64,000 nucleotides of DNA from Takakia lepidozioides (taxonomy: Eukaryota; Plantae; Bryophyta). The notes under the pieces were generated by a model. The model saw only the letters and a program-made list of their open reading frames with translations, made no database searches and had not been told where the DNA came from. The first letter of the stretch is position 1. Every line of letters starts with the position of its first letter. Where the stretch lies: positions 5,270,001 to 5,334,000 of the forward strand of contig CM060731.1 of NCBI GenBank assembly GCA_030704615.1. The letters run 5' to 3'. The position numbers were made by a program, and so were the translations under genes. Positions 12,831-24,700 of this stretch are shown here, piece after piece.

Positions 12831-14096
12831 AAAAGGAAGTGTTGCAACCAGAGCACATAACTTAGTAACTCAGGGTGTCTGCAGTGGCATCAATTGAAAT
12901 ACCAAACTTTGTAGGTGGCAATGCCAAACCATTTCACATAATATATGCAGCTGGAAATTGCATCATGTGGTGTTGGGGCTGATGACAGCCCTTAATCATT
13001 CAGCAAGCCTCAACTTGATGACCATGATTAATTGTGCCGTTCCTCCTTGGGCAACATCAGTTGCTCACTAGCCACTCAATAATAAATCAAAAGTATCATA
13101 GTTGAGAACAACATGCCTATTGGTCATCTTTGTACAATGCAGAGAGGAGTTGACAGAAAAGCCAGAGAGACTTCTGATGGGCCCTCAGCAATGCTTCCCA
13201 CTGCAGGAATCAAGGTAGACTCTTACATGACAGAAGAGAGAAACTTGTGAGATTTACTACCTCGATACTGGATTCCCTTCTCAGGCCTTTTGCTTGTGGT
13301 TACAGTACTTTACCAGTTTGTGATCTACTAACATAATTCATCAGCATGACCCTTTGTGGCAATCATATGGAGGTCCTGGCCATGGAATTCATGCGAAATC
13401 GCTCGGCGAGAAAATTGCATAAGCATGTTTACACAATGGTCCATAAAACATGGATTCATACTGTCTCATTAATCAATAGTCATTAGTACATGCCAGGAGA
13501 TCTCGAACTTTATCTCTGTCACCCTTCAGGACAACCTGCTTCTAACTTAGACTCGGTCTATCATAACCAAACCCAAAGTCCATGTTTACTACACAATTCA
13601 TGACCAAAGGTTGGCCCCAAGCAACGGAGTCCTTGCAGATTCTCCGGACTACCTCATTCCACAACAAACTTGCAGTAAGTCCACCAAGGGAAAAAATCAC
13701 CTTTTCGACAACCAGAGGCGGTGAACAGGTCCAATATATATAAGCAGGTCCAATATTACAGCTTCATTCAAGAAAAGCGCTCAGAGGTCATGCCTTTAAG
13801 GCTTGAAGTGTGTCTCTTGCATACATGTTGTCCTCCACTGAAGCCTTCAGAGTATAAGATAGCCAGTTGAGCTCACCCTCCATGGCTTCCTTTGAGCCTT
13901 GAAGTCTGTAGCCTTTTCGTTATAAGATGACTGCGAACAGATTGAAATGGCTGGCTGTTAAGGTCTATTGCCGCCTTACTAGGCCCCTCCTCGGCCCTCA
14001 AGTTAGGATGGTGAACCGCTGGTAGAGTAGAAGCTGCAAGAAGCTGCAGAGTAGTGCACAATCAGGAGTGCACTATGATATCTATCTTTCCACCGC

Positions 14097-14392
14097 ATGC
14101 AGGGACGCCGTGTTGGGGGAGCGCTGTGCGTGTTTGGCAGGGACGACGTGCTGGGGAGCACCATGTTTGTAATGTTGGGGGAGCGTCGTGTTTGGCAGGG
14201 ACGACGTGTTGGCGGAGGAGCGCCGTGTGGCTTGGCAGGGACGACTTGGCAGGGACGACGTGTTGGGGAGGAGCACCGTGTTTGGCTTGGCAGGGACGAC
14301 GTGTTGGCGGAGGAGCGCCGTGTTTGGCTTGGCAGGGACGACGTGTTGGGGGAGGAGCGCCGTGTTTGGCTTGGCAAGGACGACGTGTCTGG
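14097..14392. repeat. GC-rich minisatellite, ~42-bp unit TTTGGCTTGGCAGGGACGACGTGTTGGCGGAGGAGCGCCGTG
   Basis: About three near-perfect copies at 14281-14392 plus degenerate copies upstream. Confidence 0.85.
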
Positions 14393-16615
14393 CAGCTGTT
14401 CTTTTTACTTACAGGTTTCCATTGTGCCCAACTTTCCTCATAAGTCATCTCCTACCACCTCTCCGATCATCCTATCACAGTCTGTAATGGACCTAGGCTT
14501 GCTGTGATGTCTACTATAATAGTCCACAGATGCGGTTTGTGCTGCGGTGTCGTCCTCTTCATTGTCTGGTCCTCTGCTGCATGTCTGTCACATGTGTGCA
14601 CAGACATGTGTAAGTTTTTTCGTCTTAAGGATGAGGGGAAAATTCATAAACTATTTCCCACAAAGCAACATTGGAGGAGAGTCTAGAGTCGAACAAGGTA
14701 CCATGTGCAGTGCGAGACCACCATGCAAACTCCGCACGCCAAAAAGGGGTGGGAACTCTGTACGGATGCTGCAATCCGAACTGTCTCTCAACAACGATCA
14801 GGCGTTGTTTTGCTCCTTTGGGGGAACTCAGCACAAGAGAAAACCAGGTGACAGTCTTTTCTGAACTTCCATTGTGTGTTCTCTTCCCTCCATTTCACTG
14901 ATGCTCTCTTTAAACATGAGGACCAAGGAAGTTCTTGAAAAGATTACTCACATGGTGGTGCTAAAATGGAATCTCATAGGATGTGAGTGTGGGAATCTGT
15001 GATGCAGATTAATCAATGCCAAGGTGCACCATGTTCTAAATGAGCACATCCATCTGGCCTCTCTGCCCACAGAGGAGTTTTTGGTTGCAGGTACAAGTCT
15101 CAGTGCCATGCATGACTTATCGTTCTTGGTCCCTGTGGCATGGAATACAAGTCTTAGTATTTCCACATACATACAACTTGCCACATTTTTGCATGAATGT
15201 GCTCTCTTATGTTCTTGTGATCGTGGGGATGTGTAACAGGCATTCTTTTCGGACTAATCAACTTCTAGAGAAGGATGGTCAACTTCCTATTGACTGGTGC
15301 AACTATGGCACTGGGCGTGGCAACAGCCAGGATGCACGACAGTTTGTCCATAAAATCTGGCCTTCCACAAGTACCACATTCATCATGAAAACCCTGAGAT
15401 TCCCATTTAGCTTGCATGGGGTGCGCCTTAAGAAGGTCTTTATAAGCTTTCTTGGTGGTGTAAGTGAGGAACGGGTGTGGAGACCTTATTGAGAAGGCGC
15501 ACGACCATACCATTCATTGGGATCAAGCTGGAGTTCAGCTAAGGGTCTACCAGAGATCCATACAAATGGTTGAGAGCCAAGTCATAGTGGACATGCTAGG
15601 AGGTGGCTGGGGATCCATTTCTTTAGAGAGGGTTGACCAGCAGCAGATGCAAACTGGTGTGAGAGAGAGGGGAGAGAGTGTTTGGGGCTGAGTACAACAA
15701 ATGCTGAGTACCATGGCGATTGTGTCTATGAGGGAAGGGAAGGCTGTTAGGTGATGGCTGTCAGCATGTTGAACGAATAAGATGGTGCTCAAGCTAATTG
15801 TTTAAAATGCAGAGGGCCCAGAAGTTGCGTGTGGGCTGGATAGGTCCCACTTACAGGGTATGAAGCCAAAGCGGAGGGATTGATGCCAAGATTTTGTCAT
15901 AGCCTTACTTTGCTCTAACGTTCCCTACTAATATTGTAGGACTGATTCCTGAAAGAGAGTCCTGACCAGATATTGCAAATTTGGCTGAATCCCATTTTGT
16001 CCCAGAAAAGACCAGCGTTTAGCGCGGCTGGGGTCTGCGAAGGTGAGCTGGGTTTTGAGAAAGAGGTGTTGTCTCAAGGTTTCATAGTATACAGACTCTG
16101 TTTTCTTCGTTTTCAAAATATTCATATGTAGATTTCATATAACAACCCTATGGCATGGAAGACACCAACAAAGTGCTGATAGACGTGACTCACAAACCAA
16201 AAATGTTCAGGGGAAGAACAACCTCTCCAATATTATCTCCAATTCCCCCTAAAGAAACAAAGGGGCATATGTCATCAAGGGACGCGACGACGGGAGCACG
16301 AATGATCTCCCGTCGTCGTCCTTGTCGTCATAAGCAGCTTCAACATTTGTCCATCTGTGGGCAAATGCTTGCGCTCTATTCTTCTACTGGTAGAAGCCTC
16401 ATGATTTGGGGAAGTGACAAGCAAGTCTGAAAGGCACCCCCATGTACTTGAACCATAACAGTTAATCAATAATAGTATCTCAGGGCGACAGACATAATAA
16501 CTCTATTTGAGGACAGGTTGCTTATTTTGCTGTTACTTCCTGGCCCTTAAACTTCTAAGCGGGTCTTAGTGAGTCCATTGTGGTGTCACTGAGGAGAGGA
16601 GGAACTGGTAATTAC

Positions 16616-17122
16616 CAGTGTTGGACTGGTATATAGGTGAAGGACTGGTATAAAGTACTGGTATATGCACTGGTATTAGATACTAGACCAAGTCTGGTAT
16701 CGTTTGGGAGAATACTTGGTCATGTACCAGACCAGGCTGGTATCAGTTTTTTCATACCAGCCACAATACCAGTACTCCCCCGCAGTCTACCTCATTTACC
16801 CCGGTATGTGTACCATATTAATTTATGTGTACATTTGCCTATACATTTGTATTTATGTATATTTACTTCTGAAGCCATCTTTGAATTACAAGTTTATCAA
16901 ATAGCAAATATCAAGTGAAAATAAATACAATACACATAAAGGATGATACCAGAGTTGATACCTCATACCAGCTGGTATTGTGGTCATGATACTCATACTC
17001 ATACCAGTATTTGGACAAATATACATCCACCATTATATAGACCAGACTGATGAAAACTTTGTGATACGCCTGGTACCAGGACCCGACTGGTATGTAAAAA
17101 TCTTGATACCAGTCCATCACTG
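16616..17122. mobile_element. Non-autonomous hAT element (MITE), 507 bp
   Basis: 8-bp TSD GTAATTAC at 16608-16615 and 17123-17130; 17-bp TIR CAGTGTTGGACTGGTAT / ATACCAGTCCATCACTG (1 mismatch); many subterminal CTGGTAT/ATACCAG motifs. Confidence 0.9.
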
Positions 17123-19672
17123 GTAATTACTTATTAGCATTGTGGACCCTAACAGAAGGATGCTCCGCTTCTCCACTTCCCACACGTGTAGGCTTGACCA
17201 AGGCCCACCCCATGGCAAGCCCCGCTATTGGCTGCTCCCACACACTCTCTGTTGTGGACCTTCATAACCCCCGCCAAAACTTGGAACCCTTACTTTCATT
17301 GTGGGTTGGATGATAAGGAGTCGATGATTGGACGGACGGAAAGCACTGGGCAAAGTTGACATATAACTTGGTAGTCCCAATTACTTTCTGCATCGCGCGT
17401 CCTCTTTCTTGCCCCGCCACACTGGAGATCGCTCATAACTTCTTCTCAATCGGACATCCCTCGCGTCCCTTCTCGCAATGGACATCCTGGCCCTCTCTTG
17501 CCACCCCTTCTGTTTCTTGTTTCTGTTTCTATCCTCTGTTGCCATTTACATTCATCAATTCTCTGGCAAAAAGGAGCCCCTGGGACAAATCTGGTAAGTT
17601 CCAAACAGATGACGCATTGACATCAGTGGTAATGTCGGCAGATATTTGAAAGAAGCTTCCTATTTCATCTCCATTTCCTTCGAGACTCTCGAATCAATGC
17701 ATTTCCACATCGGTGGGCCGTAAATTTATAATTTATTCGTTCTCGATAGTCATGCCCCGTAGATCTCTGTTCCGCCAATCCCCGAAACAATTGTATTATT
17801 AATTATTACAAAAGTAGTATTTCTGTACAAGAGTCCCAAAAAGTAGACAGGTCTATGTAAGTGCAGTTCTCAGTAGGTCGATGTGATGCATTCTTGGAGG
17901 TTGGAGACCGATTTATCATATGATATGGAGATCGCATCTACGTTCAAGCTAGACCACCAGTTGAACGATGTATAGTGTAATGTTGTTATGTAAACATTCC
18001 CCTGGTCCCGTCAGGATAGCAGCTACGATGCGTGCAAAACTGAACAAGAAGAAGCCGGCATCAATTGACATCGACAACATATGGTACTACCGTCACTTGC
18101 AGGGCGCAGGCCTGTTGCTCTCAAATTTCTAGATTAATTTTATGACCAGTCCACCGTGGAAGAAAACTTTCAAGAAGTCTCATCATTCTAGATAGTACCG
18201 GCCCTGAACGACCATTGTTTCTCTTTGATATGCACTATCTACACTGAGCTCTGAGCTCTGTTAGTTTCCGAGAGCGGAAGTCCTCCACATATACTATAGA
18301 ACAAATAATAATATGTACACCAGGTTATTCTTGAATTGTGCGGTCAGCCAATAAATTATTTGCTGTGTACATAAGCCTCATTGATTCTTGTCTAATAATC
18401 ATCAAGGATATCCCGGTCGTTTAGAAAGTTCTCGCTCTATCTTTAACAGTGCTGAATCGAACTTTAGTATGTAGAATGCCGGGCTCAATTGGTCTGTGCA
18501 AGATAATTCCAAGTTGAGAATCAAGTGCGCGCAGCCCGAGCGAGCTAGATATCATTCAAGCCTTTGAAAGCACCGAAATTTTGTGGGATGCTTGCAGCAA
18601 TCTGAAGATCATCCACCCTCATGTTCTCGCACTGCGACTTTCAGGCATTCTCACTGGTATTAAATTGTGGATCCAAGTTCGAGTTTATGCATCCTTCTCA
18701 TTCATATGAAAACTGAAATGTCCTTAAGACCGAGATCATGAATATTAGGTTTGTCACAATTTGTAAGGAGTAATGCATACCAGCAAAAATATTCTGCAGA
18801 GGCCTTAAGTACATATTTTGCAGGTCTGCTTACAAGAAACAAGAAACGGGATATGCTGTGTGTAAATTACTAATTATTCGAGATCCGGATATAATGCAGA
18901 TCAAACAAAGAATACTAGCATTTCTGGCACATCTCCCTCGCATGGACAGGTGTTGTTTCAGGAGGAGTAGTGTATGTTTATCAGCGCAACTTGGTGGCCT
19001 TCCAAGCTATATGGTAAGGCCTTTAAGCTGCTCCTCGGTTGCTCAGATGCCGATGACGTTCATTCTCATCCACGGATACATCACGTAGATTAATTCACGC
19101 TAGAACTTTACCTTGCAGTTCACTGCCAAAACAAAGTCTTTGTGCATACGTAACCTCCTCGATACTTTATGATCAATCTATCTCGATGGCAAGCTCGATT
19201 TGATCGCTAATTTTGACTATTGTTGTTGCACGTCTCCAGTTGATCGACCAGGAGAAACGGCAGGGTGAGGAACTGAAGCACGCCAAAATGCTGGCGGGAG
19301 GTAGATAGATGCCTGAGCTCGGAGGATGGGTCAATGTCATGGCTGTGTTCCGTGGAACCGGGGCGTCCTGGGCAACCGGGACGTCAAAGCCTGACTACAT
19401 CTACATCGTCCAAGAGCCAGATGGAAAAAAAAACAGATAGGATAGAGGGGCCTGGCCTGTGCTCTATTTGCCTTCTGCAAAGGAGGGGGATGGAGCAGGT
19501 TAGAACCCGGCCTCCACTACTGACTGTCATAGTAACAGGCAGTCTCGCCGAGCGGGAGGTGTACTCTTCCCGTGATGACGCACAATGTACCCGTACATTG
19601 AACTGACAACGAAATTCAATTTTCAAATTTTCATGTCAGATTCAAATTGAAAATTGAAATGAATTTGAATTG

Positions 19673-20051
19673 GCCTCTCATTTTAAGATAATAGGGTCTT
19701 CAATGGGCACGTGCGTGGCCGGTGGGCCCCGCGCACGGACGCCCTGCTCCCCAGCACCCAGCCCCGCCGCTGCGCGCGGTCGCCTAGCCGCGAGCGCGGC
19801 TGCAGCAACCGCGCCCGCGCCCCCGTCCGCCGCGCGGGCAGTCCCCCGCCCATGAGTCCGCTGCCCTCCAGTCCGCCAGTCCGCTGCTGGCCAGTCCGCT
19901 GCCCCAACAGTCTGCCAGTCCGCGAGTCCGCTGCTGGCGAGTCCGCTGCCCAGCAGTCTGTCAATCCGCCAGTCTGCCCGCCAGTCCGCTGGCCAGTCCC
20001 CTGCCATCCAATCCGATGACAGCGCAGGATCGCCACCGTCCATTCCCATAA
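19673..20051 (+). repeat. Left TIR of the MULE (~379 bp)
   Basis: Reverse complement of 31915-32242 apart from substitutions and indels within the internal AGTCCGC repeats. Confidence 0.92.
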
Positions 20052-21730
20052 TCCATCCGAGCCCTCCATTTTTAGGGCTGCGAAAATGGCAATGATCTTC
20101 CCACCAAATCCCGGCCGCTCTCTATTGACAGCTGTTTGTTGTCCGATGTTGCGGTAGGCGTTTCCATGCACGCGATTGTTCCTCTTTTGCGCGCGATGTT
20201 CATGATGATGATGAAGCGTGTGCTTGAACATGAGAGGACTGTCTGGGCACTACAGCCACCATCGTGCATATGCTTCCACTATTTTTGCCTTCTTGTTGTG
20301 CTTTCGGGAACCTTCGTTTTATGGTTTGGTTCTATGTCATAAATATGGAAAATGCGGACATCTGTCGTCAATAACGTCCTCTGCTTGTGATCCGTCATGA
20401 TACGTTTAGCCCCTTCGTACTACATCCCTCATGAGAGCCTTCACAAGTTTAGTTCGTTAAAGGAACCCATGGGTAACATGGGCGCGAAAATGGTGGAAGC
20501 GTATGCACATGGGGGCGTGTATTGCAGATTTCGTATCGGACGATGGGACTGTTTATGTGACCAAGTATAGCGGCTTGCATCCGTCGTGCATAAGTTGTGG
20601 AAAAGGGTGGAGAATTTGAAGAAACCCAGCTTTGTGATGGATCCACATGGTATTATATAAGGGATGGCAGCACAAAAAAGCAATTCGAGTCGTCACGGAA
20701 TACCATCCAGTCGTAAGGTCCTCAAACATCCACACGCACCTGCTGAATGCAGATGTCTGAGCCACGACTGGAGATGTCTGAGACAATTGCATCTGCAAAT
20801 GCGCGTGGATGTTTGAGGTCCGTTGTGTTGCGAGTCTGTTCATAGTGGGTCCGCTGGCCGTCAGTGCTCCGGATATTCCCCTTATCGCGTGCATAACAGT
20901 CAGTTTGGAGACGGTCTGTTGGAAGTCCGTCTGTTGGGATAGCAGTCTGTTGCACTTGTGAATTTGTCAGTCTGTTGTGTCGGAAGTCTGTTGCACTAAG
21001 TCTGTTTGACTTCTTATTCTCCCTCCGGTCAGTCTTTTGGCTTGTTCTCCCGCCAGTCTGGCGAAACGTCCGTCTGCTGGACAGTTCTCCTCTATGGATA
21101 TCAGTCTGTTGGACTGTGCATGCATCAGTCTGTTGTGCCGCGAGTCTGTTCGCAATGGGTGTGTTCGACTTTCCTGTTCTCCCCTTACTCTCTTTTGTCT
21201 TCATTCCGCTGGCAGGGAAGTGCCTCCAATATGAAGCCGCTTCGCCTCAGCAAAGCGAATAATCCGCTGGACTGGCGGTCCGGTGGACTCTCGGCCCGAT
21301 GGGAAATGAGTCTGCTGCACTTGCGAGGAGCGTGGATGAATTTAATACGATCCGTTCGTTCGGTGGACGTATTCAATGCGATGACGGCGGATAGTTGGCG
21401 CCTGTGAAATCGCGCCACGTTGGCAGTGCCATGCCCGCTTTCCCCCTTCTACTTCTACTTTCTCCATTCTCTTCGCGCAGTTTTGCACTGCTTTGTTTTC
21501 CTCTTTGCGTTTCCATCACCGTAACGAAAGACGACCGTTCTTCCCCAGGTGTGGAGAGTCGCGGTGAGCCGCGAAGCGTCGTTCATCGGCTCGGTGAGGT
21601 TCTCACTTGTTGCGGTGTTTCCATTCCATTCTGTGTCCTCTTCTTCTAGCTTAGGGTGAGTCTTTTCATAGGACTTCTATCTGTCGCTCTGTCGCTCATT
21701 GTCCTTGCACCTTCGTTTCATTCTGAAACG

Positions 21731-24700
21731 ATGGAGGATGCTTGTGAAAAAGGTGGAGCGGACTGGTTGGATTTTGTGCACCAAACCAGACTGAAGAAGG
21801 AGCGAAGGTACTGGTACTCACCAGACGAGTTTGATCATAAAATAGTGGAAGCATTTGTAGACCTCCGCACCCGGAAGCCCAAAAACTCGAATTGGCAGAA
21901 GGACAAGCTCTTCTGTCCCTTCTGTGAAGAGGTAATCAAGGACAAAATCCAACTAAATCGGCATTGTGTTGACACGGGTTGCAAGGAGACTGTTGCAATG
22001 ATTCCACGGGATTTCAAGCCTTGGCCGATACTGAAAGAAATGTCGATTGTCAAAGAGGCCACAATGCGCTTGCGCGGATCAGTGCTTGACCCCCGCACTT
22101 TGGAATTAGACGAAGTGCGCGCACGGTATAGCGTCCATGTGGTGGCCCGTCAATGGAGGATTTGCAAGTGCAGGGAACGCTGGACGCTCCCAGAAAACGT
22201 AAACTGAGTGATGGGGCCCAAAAAAAAAAGAGGCAAAAAAAGGAGAAGACTGCAAGGTCTACTCGTGAGGCAAAGGCAAAATCCACGCAACAGACTGAAC
22301 CCCGTCCTGGGCGGCAGACCCACACCATCAGTACTGATACTGAAAGTGAATCTGCTCAGGGCCTGGAAGGGGTGACAAGTCCAGTGGACATTGACTTGCC
22401 TAACCAAACTCGGCAGCAGACTCACACAAATATCGCGATCCATGCCATCGGCTTAGGGTCAAAACCAAAAACTCAACAGAGCACTGAAGGGCCAGTCTGC
22501 CCTGGCACATTGCGCCTCGTTGACTTTGGGCTTTTCCCACCAGAGTGCCCACCAATTGGGGATCCAGACTTCTTCCGTTATTTCTACAGAGTTGCCCAGT
22601 CAGGTCTGCTACGCACATTAATCCGACAGGCGGAACAGAACTGGTTGAACAGCTTTGAAGATGAAGATGACGATGATGAAGTAGAGGAGGTAATGGTCAG
22701 TCTGACCGCCCAGTCTGTTCTCTGTGCTGTTTGAGTCCATCATCAGGGTCACGTTGCCTATTCAGTCTGGTCAGTCCCCTGCATTCTCTCCTCAGTCCGC
22801 TGGCTCAGTACGCTCGTCAGTTAGTCTGTTTTATATCGTTGCATTACTTACTGAGTCCGTTTGTCAGTCCGCTGGTCCAGTCCACTGGTATAGTCTACTA
22901 GTTGCCTCCACCCTACGTACGCACGTTACAGTCAGCTGGTCTGTGAGTCCAGTCCGCTGCATGAGGTGAATATAGAGTCCATGTCCATGTTCCTGACGTC
23001 GAAGTTCTCTGCCGTGTACCAGGATGAACGTGTTTCTATTCGTAGGGCCATTCAGGCTTGGCGGAAACCTAGCAATGATGCTCCTTTACAAGCGACTGCA
23101 GTGCGTGCGGAAGTGGACCGCGTTAGATATTATTGAAGTATCATGGATCATCTGCTGCTATAGCGGCATTACATATTGAAGACGCGTCGGGGGGAAATGC
23201 GTCTAGGACAGCCGAGTTTGCCATCCAGCAGACTCCCATTCAGCAGGCCGTCATCCAGCAGACTCCCGTTCAGTAGCCTGTCATCCAGCAGACTCCAAGA
23301 GAGCAGACTCCCAATGAGCAGCCTGTCATCCTGCAGACTCCTCTCCAGGAGCCCATCATGCAGCCCATGCCGATGGGAAGTCCTATCATCCAACAGACTG
23401 CGGACCAGCAGACTGCCTTTCTCTCACATAACACGGCGCTTTTTGCAGTTTGGCGATCGCCATCACCGGAAATTCGCCCCGGAGATAAAGACCTCACACT
23501 TCCCCGGCTTAGGGTGGGAGAAATTAATCCCCATTTGGATTGGCATAATGAGCTCCACCGGATCGTTGCGGACCGCCGGTGGTCATTTGTACCCTTTCAT
23601 TATTCCATGGAGTTTTCTATTGAGGAAGCCAACCATGTTCTAGAAGCCGCCTCTGCTGTTGCCATTGAAGCCACAAGCGACCAAAATGCGTCGCCTCTAC
23701 TTGTGCAGCTGATTCTCATGGATGACCCACGGCCTGAAGACCTCAGACATATGCCTATGGCACATCCAATTTTTGGGATGCGAAGAAAGCACTTGTTCGG
23801 ATTGACTGAGGAGGACTTTGAGCGCATGGCAGCTTCCTTCCTACAACACAAATGGATGCAATTTGGCAATTTCCGCTCATACAACAAGTTGATGAAGGAT
23901 CTGCATAGTTTGAGGATGGACTTACTCCATGGAACAGACCATTCACAGAAGTTTGTGGTGGATGAGGCATTGCACTGGTTTGCATTGGTGATGGAGCGAG
24001 CAATATTCGACATTGTTTTGCAGAATCCCAATGTTTTCAAAATCCTGTGGTGTGGGATCCCAACTGAAGACCGCATCGGCGCCATTGCTCATCTCGATGG
24101 AGCATGCATGTGCCGGCAAATCAAGGACATTGGCCTCGTCGGAAATCTCTTGGAAGGTAAAATGTTATTGGTAACTTTCATGTTTCAGCTCAATTTCTTT
24201 TGCCAACTTTTTTACAAGTTCACATTTGCATAAACATGGGTTGCAGGGCGAGTTGATCTGGGAGACAAGCAAGTGCAGGTTGCTTTCGACTCTTTTGCCA
24301 GAGGTGCAAGGGACCTTGTTCTGGCTTTACAAGGAGTTCGGGAGACTGTCCAGCAAACTGGCCACAAGAATGTCGAACAACATATTCCCCACGACACATG
24401 TGGGCAGACTGCCCAAGTGCTGGAGACCGAGCATGTGCACCAGACCGTCCCGGGTAATAGGCCGGATCACTCCCAGCAGACTGCCCCGCACACACATACT
24501 CAGTATGTGCAAACAGTACTGAGCGGGCAGCGAACTTTGCAGACTTTGCAGCAGACCGGAGAACAGACCGGCCAACAGACTGCCCCTCAGCCGACTGTAC
24601 AGCAGACCAGTGAACATGGCCACCAGACTGCCCCTCAGCAAACTGTACAGCAGACCGTGCAGCATACCGACAAATCCAGCCAGCAGATTGCCCCTCAGTA

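Noticed and set aside
14003-14507. Several overlapping 100-136-aa ORFs
   Set aside because: Artefacts of a GC-rich minisatellite that is open in many frames.
17650-19580. Possible decayed gene left of the MULE
   Set aside because: No recognisable motif or consistent exon chain.
19670-20231. ORFs in the TIRs (also 31880-32237)
   Set aside because: Mirror-image ORFs caused by GC-rich inverted repeats; no protein signature.
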